A DNA stretch of 64,000 nucleotides from an uncultured Alphaproteobacteria bacterium. GTDB taxonomy: Bacteria > Pseudomonadota > Alphaproteobacteria > Dongiales > Dongiaceae. Positions 28,497 through 36,623 of the stretch are shown here, piece by piece. The stretch lies in assembly GCA_963851215.1 (NCBI GenBank), contig CAWKOG010000017.1, positions 345,465-409,464 of the forward strand, given 5' to 3'. A program made the translations under genes and the position numbers. Each line of letters opens with the position of its first letter. The first letter of the stretch is position 1. The notes beneath the pieces are model-generated. The model had not been told where the DNA came from. It searched no databases and worked only from the letters and a program-made list of their open reading frames with translations.

Positions 28497-29382
28497 GACT
28501 GAGAATTGGATCAAGGTCCTCCGCGTAACGCCTCAAATGATTCAGAATGGCTCTCTCCCGAGTTCGACCAGGATTAGCTGGAGGGGGCCACTTTCCTGGC
28601 CGATCATTTCGACGCAATCAGACAAGTTTGCCTACGTGGGCAATTCTCGCGAGCAGGAAATATACAACAGCATCATGCTTTCCTCGCTGTCCGATCCAAC
28701 GCTTGTCTCGCTTGTCTACGGCTTGCCGAGTATGCGAAGCAGCGGTTTCGACCCATCCATTTCGCTGACTTTCGCCAACTCGGGGAATTCGCTGATCGTT
28801 CGCGACACTCGAGAAACACTGAGGATTTTGCCATCGGCGCAGGACCGGCGGGCCCGGCTCCTTGCACGAGCCGCTCCGGTTGTTACGATTCCGGAGGGGC
28901 TGCGGGACGATCCCGTTCAGCCGCGCCGGCTAACGATGCGGCCACTCCTCGCCGCGGCAAAAATCGACAGCGAATGGCGATTTGCATGGTTGACGGAAAA
29001 CGGAATTGCCGTGATCAGAAGCGAGGCGAGCGACCCAGAGAATGCGCAGCCGGTCGTTGACGCAAGACTTCTCACGGGAGCCGCCGACCTGGCGAACGCC
29101 TTCAAGCTGAGTTTCAGCAAGGACGGGCGCTTTCTTGTAGTGCTTCTGCGCTCGCGCATGCAGCCGCAGAGCCGGCAGCGCGGACCGATGCGGTACCTGG
29201 TCTGGGATCTCAATTACAGCAAGGCCGATCTTCGGAATGCGACCAATCAGGAGTTGCGCGACAAAGCCTGCGCCACAGCCGCGCTCGACAAGGCGGAGGC
29301 GCTTGTCACGCCCGTCGAGAAATTCGTCTGGTTTCACGACTCGGCGCTGCCCTGCGGCGAACCTCCCACCGCAGCGCCCTGA
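28159..29382 (+). CDS. C-terminal beta-propeller (WD40-like repeat) segment of the same STAND gene
   Basis: From about 28430, frame 1 shows repeated blade-like units (FAYVGNSREQEIYN, ISLTFANSGNSLIVRDTRETLRI, WRFAWLTENGIAVIRSEAS, AFKLSFSKDGRFLVVLLRS, MRYLVWDL). Upstream of 28430 this frame is junk. Confidence 0.45.
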   Translation: MTREPGLRYFETSRRSLSILNVTTRKKYRPSNLCLARFSKHSGSTCLQSALSPAWRRRLYTMRDICTGTPVRRDQRKSRNFHRTSESSQNLGFSPVGFASGFVQVLISNRPNETENWIKVLRVTPQMIQNGSLPSSTRISWRGPLSWPIISTQSDKFAYVGNSREQEIYNSIMLSSLSDPTLVSLVYGLPSMRSSGFDPSISLTFANSGNSLIVRDTRETLRILPSAQDRRARLLARAAPVVTIPEGLRDDPVQPRRLTMRPLLAAAKIDSEWRFAWLTENGIAVIRSEASDPENAQPVVDARLLTGAADLANAFKLSFSKDGRFLVVLLRSRMQPQSRQRGPMRYLVWDLNYSKADLRNATNQELRDKACATAALDKAEALVTPVEKFVWFHDSALPCGEPPTAAP

Positions 29383-29386
29383 AGCG

Positions 29387-30466
29387 ATGACCGACTTCCT
29401 CGCCAGAATGGGGGGATTTGTAGAGAAGCTGCGTTCCAGCCCGATGCCGCTGCCGACGGTCTCGGAAATCGCCCATGATCGCTGCTTGCCATCAGGCGTC
29501 GCCGGCCGTGAGATCGTCAAGGACAATGGCTACTTTACGGTGTGGCTCAACGAGCTGTTCCTTGCGGAGGGGCGCAACTGGTGGGCAACTTACGACCCCG
29601 TCGCCATTGTCGTCACGGAATTCGGCTATGGCACCGGAAGAGTCTCGGTGCCGGTCATTGTCGGACCCAATCTCATTTCGGCAAAGAATCCCGGCGTCCC
29701 GCACGGCATTGTGCTCCGCGACACCTGCGTCGCCGGGCCATATCCCTTCCGCGGCGGCAATGTCGCGATTACCGTCATCCTGTACAAGGTGAAGCATCAG
29801 GACTATGCCCGCGGATTGCTGCGTTTCGTCGAGAGTCTTTCTTCGGCGATTGGAACGCCTGCCGACATTGGCATGCTGGCGAAGGTCGGGGGCACTGTCC
29901 TCGATGGCCTGGAGTCTCTGTTGAATCTGGGCGACACGGTGCCGGTGGCCGGCCACAGGATTGAGATCGACACGTCAACATTGAGCGGCTTCGTTTCCTC
30001 CTATACGGCGCTGATCGCCGAGCGCGATGTCGACATGTCGCAGCTTCGGGTCGAGGAACGACGGCTCCTGCTGCAACAGTCCGATGGGACGAACACGAGA
30101 TTCGAGAAGGCCGACTATGTCCTGTACAGCGTTCTCGGCCGGGAACGCCGGGGCGACGAGAGCACGTTGCCGTTCTATCGCGCGTTCTTGCAGGCTCGAA
30201 ATGCCGCCATGGTGAACAATCCGGACAACTGGAAGCGCGCCAAAGCGATGCTCCTGTCGATTTACGAGCAGATGGTCCTAAGCCCGGATCTTACGTTGCG
30301 GGAGGCCGACGCATTGTTTGACTCCTACCGCGAAGATCTGTTGGCCATCCGGAAGAAATCGCAGGCCGTACATGCCATGCCCCTGGGACAGGAGCCGCCC
30401 CGGCCCGACGCCAGGGAAACCCGCGTGAACAACGCCACCTCGGTGCTGGACCTGGAGCCAACCTAA
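29387..30466 (+). CDS. hypothetical protein, 359 aa, third gene of the CHAT/STAND islet
   Basis: ATG 29387 lies 4 nt after the STAND stop. No recognisable motifs. Lower GC like the two preceding genes. Confidence 0.55.
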   Translation: MTDFLARMGGFVEKLRSSPMPLPTVSEIAHDRCLPSGVAGREIVKDNGYFTVWLNELFLAEGRNWWATYDPVAIVVTEFGYGTGRVSVPVIVGPNLISAKNPGVPHGIVLRDTCVAGPYPFRGGNVAITVILYKVKHQDYARGLLRFVESLSSAIGTPADIGMLAKVGGTVLDGLESLLNLGDTVPVAGHRIEIDTSTLSGFVSSYTALIAERDVDMSQLRVEERRLLLQQSDGTNTRFEKADYVLYSVLGRERRGDESTLPFYRAFLQARNAAMVNNPDNWKRAKAMLLSIYEQMVLSPDLTLREADALFDSYREDLLAIRKKSQAVHAMPLGQEPPRPDARETRVNNATSVLDLEPT

Positions 30467-30550
30467 GCTCCGATGGCAGACAGAACGCGGGGCGCGGGGA
30501 GCCCGCACCCGGCGCCGGACGATGTACGACCGGCGCCGGCCTGATCAGAC

Positions 30551-30820
30551 CTAGCAGAGCACGCCGGATGACGGATCGCCGCAAGGACCCTCGCCGGTGT
30601 CGACGACGCCCGACTCGGCGTCGTTCAGAACCTTGGCGACCTTATCGGCCGCTTTCCTGCCCTTGGTGTGAATCGTGCCCGTTTCATCGTCGGTGACAAT
30701 GTAGCCCGGCCCCATCGGATCCTCGCGCACCACCCATTCGCCGGCCAACACGACGGCAGGCGCGGTGAGCGCATAGACCAGCCCGAGGAAGCTTGCACTT
30801 CTCGAAATGAGATTCGCCAT
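30551..30820 (-). CDS. small secreted protein, paralogue 1 (C-terminus …VDTGEGPCGDPSSGVLC)
   Basis: ATG 30820 with GGAGA RBS. Signal peptide MANLISRSASFLGLVYALTAPAVVLAGE. 89 aa. Confidence 0.55.
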   Translation of the reverse strand: MANLISRSASFLGLVYALTAPAVVLAGEWVVREDPMGPGYIVTDDETGTIHTKGRKAADKVAKVLNDAESGVVDTGEGPCGDPSSGVLC

Positions 30821-30849
30821 GATCGATGTCTCCAATCGGTTTCTGGGTT

Positions 30850-31125
30850 TCAGCAAAGCACGCCGGAGCTGGGATCGCCGCAGGGACCTTCGCCGGTGTC
30901 GACGAATTCCTTGTCCTTATCCAGCGCCTTGTTGACCTTCTTGGCGGTGCGTGTGGCTTCTTTCTCCGTGAGGTCCAGTGGAATTCTGTTATCACCCTCG
31001 CGAATGCCGTAGTGCGTGCCGTCGTCGGTATAGGCGCTCCAGGTTGCGAACGCCGCGCCGGGGAACACCGCAAGCGCCGCCACCAGAATGAGCGCCGGCA
31101 TGCCTGCGAACTTCATGAGTTTCAT
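30850..31125 (-). CDS. small secreted protein, paralogue 2 (identical 17-aa C-terminus)
   Basis: ATG 31125 with GAAGGAGGAGAAG RBS. Signal peptide MKLMKFAGMPALILVAALAVFPGAAFA. 91 aa. The last 17 residues and their DNA are near-identical to paralogue 1. Confidence 0.6.
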   Translation of the reverse strand: MKLMKFAGMPALILVAALAVFPGAAFATWSAYTDDGTHYGIREGDNRIPLDLTEKEATRTAKKVNKALDKDKEFVDTGEGPCGDPSSGVLC

Positions 31126-31360
31126 CTTCTCCTCCTTCGCCGCGGACGGTCTCTGGTCTCGCGGCCTTGGTGCCAATGGCTGGAACATGGGCACGTCGCG
31201 CGACAGCGAATGTGATGCGCAGCACACCCGCGGGCGAATTAACGTTGCTGTTCCGATCTCAACTGAATCTTTCCCGGCGATTCACGCTAGCTTCACGGAT
31301 GCCGAAGGAATGGGGCGGGACTGAAACCCGCCCCTACATGCGGTTCGCGATTCATGTGTA

Positions 31361-31397
31361 GAAGCGAAAAAGGCCGCACCGTTGCCGGTGCGGCCTT
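31361..31397 (-). terminator. rho-independent terminator downstream of the SPFH gene
   Basis: 12-bp perfect stem AAGGCCGCACCG/CGGTGCGGCCTT with a 4-nt loop, followed on the minus strand by TTTTTCGCTTC. Confidence 0.55.
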
Positions 31398-31424
31398 CTC
31401 CGTCCCGTCCTCGTCACCATCGCC

Positions 31425-32576
31425 TCACGCCGGCTCCGGCGCCTTCAGGCGCAGGAGCTTGCTGAGGAGGGCGTCGAGGCCCTGGGCTTCGCCGGCGTGG
31501 AGGTCGATGCGGCCGACCTTCTCCACCAGCTTCTCGAGGCTCTCGAGCTCCTTCAGCCGCAGGAGGAGCGGGTTGTCCTCCATCAGCTTGGCGGTGTTCA
31601 GGAGCGAGCGCGTCGCCGCGGTCTCCTCCTGGCGGCGGATCAGGTTGGCCTTCGCCGTCCGCTCCGCCTCCACCACTTTGTTCACGAGCTCGCGGATCTC
31701 GCCGGGCAGGATCACGTCCTTCACGCCGAGCTCCGTCACCTCGATGCCCGTCTCGCCCAGGCGCTCACGCACGAACGTACGCAGCTCCTGATCGAGCGCG
31801 CCCTTGGCGGAGAGCACCTCGTCCAACGTCCGCGCCGCCACCGCCTCGCGGATGGCGAACTGCACCAGGCGGTACAGCCAGCCGTCCACATCCGCGACCG
31901 CGCTCGCCGCGCGCTCGGGATCGACGATGCGGCGCAGCGCGGAGAGCGTCACGCGCAGGGCGATGCGGTCCTTGGTCAGCATCTCCTGCGCGGTGATCTC
32001 CACCGCCTGCGGCCGCAGATCCACCCGCTTGACCTCTACCTTGCGGTTGACGGTCCAGTAGGCGTGGCGGCCCGGCGCCAGGCGTTCCACCAGGCGGCCC
32101 TCGACATAGAGCAGGCCGGCCTCGTGGTTCTCCACCACCGTCTCCGCCAGGTAGACGCTCCGCGCGCGGTCGAGCAACGTCAGGTGCCGCGCGGCCACGC
32201 GGGGCTCGCGCGCGACATCGATGCGCTCGACCTCGACGGCCGTGGCCACCTTCCAGAACACGCGCACCTGCCACGGACCGGCCAGATGGACCGGCCGGCC
32301 GTCGAGGCTGACGATGGCGAGCTCATCGGCCCGCGTCTCCACCGCCTCGAACAGTTCGGCCGCCATCGCCGGCCGCTCCGCCTTCATCACGGCGTAGCGG
32401 TCTGCCGCGAACTCGGCGCGAACCACCTGGAAGATCTCGGCCTTCAGCGTGCTCAGCGGATCGAAGACCCAGTGACGGCCCGGGCCGAGCACGCGCTCGT
32501 ACCGGCCGTTCCGCGTCAGGAGGGCGCGCTCGCCATCCTTCACGGTAACGCGGAGACTCAGAATAAGCCTACTCAT
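31425..32576 (-). CDS. SPFH/band-7 (stomatin/flotillin-like) domain protein
   Basis: ATG 32576 with GGAGG RBS (the ORF-track 17-aa N-terminal extension is unlikely). Long coiled-coil C-terminal part typical of SPFH proteins. Confidence 0.8.
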   Translation of the reverse strand: MSRLILSLRVTVKDGERALLTRNGRYERVLGPGRHWVFDPLSTLKAEIFQVVRAEFAADRYAVMKAERPAMAAELFEAVETRADELAIVSLDGRPVHLAGPWQVRVFWKVATAVEVERIDVAREPRVAARHLTLLDRARSVYLAETVVENHEAGLLYVEGRLVERLAPGRHAYWTVNRKVEVKRVDLRPQAVEITAQEMLTKDRIALRVTLSALRRIVDPERAASAVADVDGWLYRLVQFAIREAVAARTLDEVLSAKGALDQELRTFVRERLGETGIEVTELGVKDVILPGEIRELVNKVVEAERTAKANLIRRQEETAATRSLLNTAKLMEDNPLLLRLKELESLEKLVEKVGRIDLHAGEAQGLDALLSKLLRLKAPEPA

Positions 32577-32907
32577 GGTAACCTCCACACTTCGGCCTTG
32601 CGGCCATGCCGCAAGACTCTGTTGCAACTCTGAGGATACGGGTTCCGGACGCGTCTTCGCGAAAGACCGGCGGGCCAGGGCTTGAGCCCGCGGGAATCAG
32701 CGGGCGCGCGCCGGCGCGCACCGCACCGAGGTGCTGTGAACGGCAGCCGAACCCGACGATCCGCGCGGGCGATATCCGCCCCGGCGCAGAGCCGGTCTCA
32801 AGTTGTCTGGTACGTTCGATGGGCCTCTCGGCCAGCCGACCGGACCGCGACTGAAGCGCGCGTCCGGTTCCCTAAAATGGGTTTCAGTTTTTCAGGCTGA
32901 ACCGGAG

Positions 32908-32980
32908 CGTTGGAGCGGGACTCGAACCCGCAACAAGATGCTTAACAGGCATCTGCTCTTACCATTTGAGCTATCCTCAC
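32908..32980 (-). tRNA. tRNA-Asn(GTT)-like sequence with defective acceptor stem (possible pseudo-tRNA)
   Basis: Hand-folded. D arm GCTC-AAATGGTAA-GAGC, anticodon arm GATGC-CTGTTAA-GCATC (anticodon GTT), T arm GCGGG-TTCGAGT-CCCGC. The 5' acceptor GTGAGGA pairs with 3' TCCAACG at only 3 of 7 positions. No CCA. Confidence 0.4.
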
Positions 32981-32983
32981 TTA

Positions 32984-33056
32984 GGCGTTCGGACGGAATC
33001 GAACCGTCACCTCCGGGGACAATCCCCGCTGCTCTGACCACAGAGCTTCGATCGCG
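32984..33056 (-). tRNA. adjacent tRNA-like sequence (acceptor 6/7 bp, aberrant anticodon loop; likely pseudo-tRNA)
   Basis: Acceptor GCGATCG/CGAACGC, D arm GCTC-TGTGGTCA-GAGC, T arm GACGG-TTCGATT-CCGTC. The anticodon stem CGGGG/CCCCG encloses only 5 nt, or a 7-nt loop GATTGTC without U33. Confidence 0.3.
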
Positions 33057-33268
33057 TTCCTCGTCAGGCGGTACACGGACACGCAGAGCGCACCGCGCCG
33101 GCCGGGACATCAACGAGCCCGGACCCGAGGCCGAACGAAGGAGCGGGCTTATGCGCCAACCGGATTTCGAATTCAAGATGGAATCTGCACCGCATGGTTG
33201 CGGTCGCGCATTTTTGCAATGCGTTGTGGCGCGGTGGCCACAAAGAGTTGGACAGGATGGGAGACGAA

Positions 33269-33815
33269 CTAACCGCCTGCCTTGGCCTCGGTTACCGCCT
33301 TCATCTGCGCCAGGCCCTTCTCCATGTCGCCGCCGAGCATCTTGTCCATGTCGACGAACAGGCACATGGCCTTGCCGATAAAACCGTTGCGCCCGGACAT
33401 GGTCCAGGTGACGGCGGTCTGGGCGCCGTCGGGCTTGAAGGCGAACTCACTGAAATTGCCGCCTTCGAACGGCCTGACGAAGGCAACCTGGATACGGATC
33501 AGCTCGTTCGGCCGGCTCTCGGCGAGGGTCATGCTGCCTTCGCCCACATCGTCATTGCCGGACCAGGTGAAGACGGCGCCCTGCCCGGCCGGCGGGCCGG
33601 CGAAGGAGACCTTCGCCTGGGGATCCAGCTTGGCCCAGGGCGACCAGGCCTGCCAATTGTGGAGATCATTCACCTGCACGAAAACGTCGGGCGCCGGCGC
33701 CGCGATGGTTGCCGTACGCTCGATGCGGAACTCGGCGGGCTGCAGCGCCACGAAGACCGCGAAGGCGCCGATGATGACGGCAATCGCGGCGATGACGATG
33801 AGGATTTTCTTGATC
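33269..33815 (-). CDS. SRPBCC-superfamily (polyketide cyclase/AHSA1-like) protein with N-terminal membrane anchor
   Basis: Start at MIKKILIVIAAIAVIIGAFAV. Family call from memory. Confidence 0.65.
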
Positions 33816-33846
33816 ATGGGGTACCCGGCAGTTTCAGAGTTGTGTT

Positions 33847-34128
33847 CTAGCGGATGCGGACATCGTCCCAGAAACTGATCCAATGATCGACGCGCTTCAT
33901 GCCCGCGCGCGGCTTTTCATAGGACCAGGCGGCGCGCTTGCTGCGCACGGTCTTGCCGCCGACGTCGTAAAACTGCACGCCATGGGGGCATTCGAGATCG
34001 CTCTTGGTCTTGCGCGCCTTGCGCAGCAGATCCATGCGCACGGAGTCGCGGGGGAAATAGCGGTAGCCGTGGGCCTCGCGGATGCGGCCGCTCTCGGCGA
34101 TCACCTTGCCTCGCCAGATGGCTTTCAT
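33847..34128 (-). CDS. DUF427-family protein
   Basis: 93 aa MKAIWRGKVIAES…, a conserved small-protein family by recollection. Confidence 0.6.
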   Translation of the reverse strand: MKAIWRGKVIAESGRIREAHGYRYFPRDSVRMDLLRKARKTKSDLECPHGVQFYDVGGKTVRSKRAAWSYEKPRAGMKRVDHWISFWDDVRIR

Positions 34129-34183
34129 GGCGGAACTCCCTTGTTGCAGCCTGCCGCGATCATAGCACGGGCGCAGCCGCGCG

Positions 34184-34543
34184 CTAGCCGTTCACCATGA
34201 CCTTGAATCCGCCATAGCTCATGCGCTTGAGTTCGAACGGCATCTTCACGTTCTTCATCATCCTGTTCATGCGCGGATCCTTCATCACTTTCGCGTTGAC
34301 CCGGTCGCGGTCGGCGCGGGACTTAAAGCGGATCCAGGAGAACACCACTGTCTCGCCCCGCTTGAGCTTGGCGAGCTTCGGAAACGGCAGGCCGAATTTC
34401 ATCTGCAGATCGTCGCCGCTGCATTCCAGCACTTCGAGCGCGCCGTAATCGCGCCAGACCTTCGCCGCCTTGCGGGCGATGCTGCGATAGGTGCCGAGGT
34501 GCTTCTTGGGAACCGGGATCACAAATCCGTCGACATAGGGCAT
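34184..34543 (-). CDS. DUF1428-family protein
   Basis: 119 aa MPYVDGFVIPVPKK…. Confidence 0.6.
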   Translation of the reverse strand: MPYVDGFVIPVPKKHLGTYRSIARKAAKVWRDYGALEVLECSGDDLQMKFGLPFPKLAKLKRGETVVFSWIRFKSRADRDRVNAKVMKDPRMNRMMKNVKMPFELKRMSYGGFKVMVNG

Positions 34544-34672
34544 GGCAAACTCCTTGCGGTCATGTGGCGAACACAGCGGGGCGGCCCGGCAGGCGGTGCT
34601 GCCGGGCGGTTCTTTGCTATTTAGGCGTGCGATGGCGGAAAGTTAAGGCCCGGCCTTCATTTGCAACAGGCC

Positions 34673-35380
34673 TTATGCCGCCGGATAGCGATCGTGGTGG
34701 CGCACCCAAGACATGGTCCAGGGCAGCTTGTCCTCGTCGCGGCCCTTGGGCACGAGGTCGAGGAAATTGTAGGCGCCGACCAGGATGTCCAAGCCCCGGG
34801 CATAGGCGGAGTAGGTGTGGAAGATCCCGCCTTTCTTGTCCCGGTAGAAAACGCTCGCGCCCGGCATTTCCTCGCCCATGGATTCCTGGAGCTTGTAATT
34901 GTAGAGCACCTTGCCGTTGCCGGATTTCTCCTCGGGGAAGGAGACGTGGAAATCCTCGTTGAAGTCATTGCCGTGGGACGACACCCACTTGAACTGCCAG
35001 CCCATGCGCTTCTGAAAGGCCTTGATTTCCTTTAGAGGCGCCCGCGACACGACCACGAATGTCACATCGCGCTGGGCCAGATGCACCGCGGCGCCATCGA
35101 AGTGATCGGCGAGGAAGGAGCAGCTCGGGCAGCCCTGCTTCCAGCCAGGGCCGAGCATGAAGTGATAGACGACGAGCTGGCTGCGCCCGTCGAAGAGATC
35201 GGCGAGCGTCTCCTTCCCCGACGGTCCATTGAAGACATAGTCTTTCTCCACCTTTTCCCAGGGGAGCTTGCGCCGCTCGGCGCTTAGCTTGTCCCGCAGC
35301 CGGGTGAATTGCTTCTCCCGGGCCAGCAGCTTCTTGCGCGCGGCAACCCATTTGTCGCCAGATACGACAGCGTGCTTCAT
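34673..35380 (-). CDS. DUF899 thioredoxin-like family protein
   Basis: ATG 35380 with AAGGAG RBS. CPSC motif (…WKQGCPSCSFLAD…). Confidence 0.7.
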   Translation of the reverse strand: MKHAVVSGDKWVAARKKLLAREKQFTRLRDKLSAERRKLPWEKVEKDYVFNGPSGKETLADLFDGRSQLVVYHFMLGPGWKQGCPSCSFLADHFDGAAVHLAQRDVTFVVVSRAPLKEIKAFQKRMGWQFKWVSSHGNDFNEDFHVSFPEEKSGNGKVLYNYKLQESMGEEMPGASVFYRDKKGGIFHTYSAYARGLDILVGAYNFLDLVPKGRDEDKLPWTMSWVRHHDRYPAA

Positions 35381-35409
35381 CTGAAATCTCCTTCCCCGAT
35401 GCACGGCGT

Positions 35410-35899
35410 TCAGAGCAACTCGACGTAAGCCGCCAGACGGAGCATGGACTCGCTCCAGCCCGCGTTGTGGGCATCGCGCGAAGTGACGGATTCGAAGACG
35501 GCCTGATGCAGCGTGAGCTTGGTCTTTGCGCCCTGCTCCACCATCGTCACGGTGACCAGGGTCTCATGGCCGAGCTGGCCGTTCTCGTCCTCCCAGGCCC
35601 AGGTGAAGACCAGCCGCTCCGGCGGCTTGATCTCGCGGAACACGCCGCGGAGCCGGTGCTCGGTGTTCGGCGAATGGCTGCCGGAGCAGCCCTCTTCGCC
35701 CGAGCGCATGATGTAGTGGAACGCGCCGCCGGGACGCAGGTCCATCTTGCATTGCGGCAGCGTGAAGCCGCCCGGGCCCCACCAGCGCACCAGATGCTCG
35801 GGCCGGGTCCAGACGCGAAAAACGAGATCGCGGGGCGCGTCAAGGACGCGGGTGATCGTCAATTCCGGCTGCGCGGATTCCGCCGACTTCGTGGCGGCG

Positions 35900-35916
<17 letters not shown>
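35410..35916 (-). CDS. SRPBCC/AHSA1 (activator of Hsp90 ATPase-like) domain protein
   Basis: 168 aa. ITRVLDAPRDLVFRVWTRPEHLVRWWGP is typical of the family. Forms the common ArsR–SRPBCC pair with the next gene. Confidence 0.75.
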
Positions 35917-36250
<334 letters not shown>

Positions 36251-36324
36251 TCGAACTAAACTACCCGGTTATGTAACCTATAGGTTAAATAAGACGGATC
36301 GCGGCGAATGTCAAGTGGGTCCAC

Positions 36325-36570
36325 TTACCCAACCAATTCGATGATTTCGCTGTTCGGCTTTTCCGTGCGGACGCGCACTTTGCCGCCCCGCTCGCTGGCG
36401 GCACGCAGGTTGTTCAACGCTTCGTCAAACCGGGAATTGGTCCGCAAAAGCTTGTAGATACGTGCGGACTCCGCAAACATGACCTCCGCGCAGTCCGCGC
36501 GCAGGCGCAGATTGACAACGGTCATCCACCGCTCTTGCTGCTCATCGCCGCCGGCTGAAGCCGATCCCAT
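36325..36570 (-). CDS. small hypothetical protein (66-81 aa)
   Basis: Protein-like composition (…MFAESARIYKLLRTNSRFDEALNNLRAASERGGKVRVRTEK…). No other support. Confidence 0.3.
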   Translation of the reverse strand: MGSASAGGDEQQERWMTVVNLRLRADCAEVMFAESARIYKLLRTNSRFDEALNNLRAASERGGKVRVRTEKPNSEIIELVG

Positions 36571-36623
36571 CTTTGCGCGACCGCTTGGGCCTATCTTGTT
36601 GCCGCGCCATCAACCTGCCGGCA

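Larger units (their letters stand above)
26429..29382 (+). pseudogene. CHAT-associated STAND NTPase–beta-propeller gene (~980 codons) apparently interrupted by two +1 frameshifts near 27540 and 28430
   Basis: Three consecutive protein-like segments in frames 2, 0, 1 with junk tails at each junction. See the three entries above. Confidence 0.5.

Noticed and set aside
27540-29382. Treating the three STAND segments as independent genes
   Set aside because: Segments 2 and 3 lack ATG starts and RBSs, and segment 1 and 2 tails are nonsense. A single frameshifted gene explains all three.
32900-33060. Two-piece (permuted) tmRNA/ssrA
   Set aside because: The T-arm + acceptor 3' piece is followed by a tRNA-like 5' half, but the sequence lacks the GGGG…/…CCACCA ends, the G3:U70 alanine identity and any tag reading frame.
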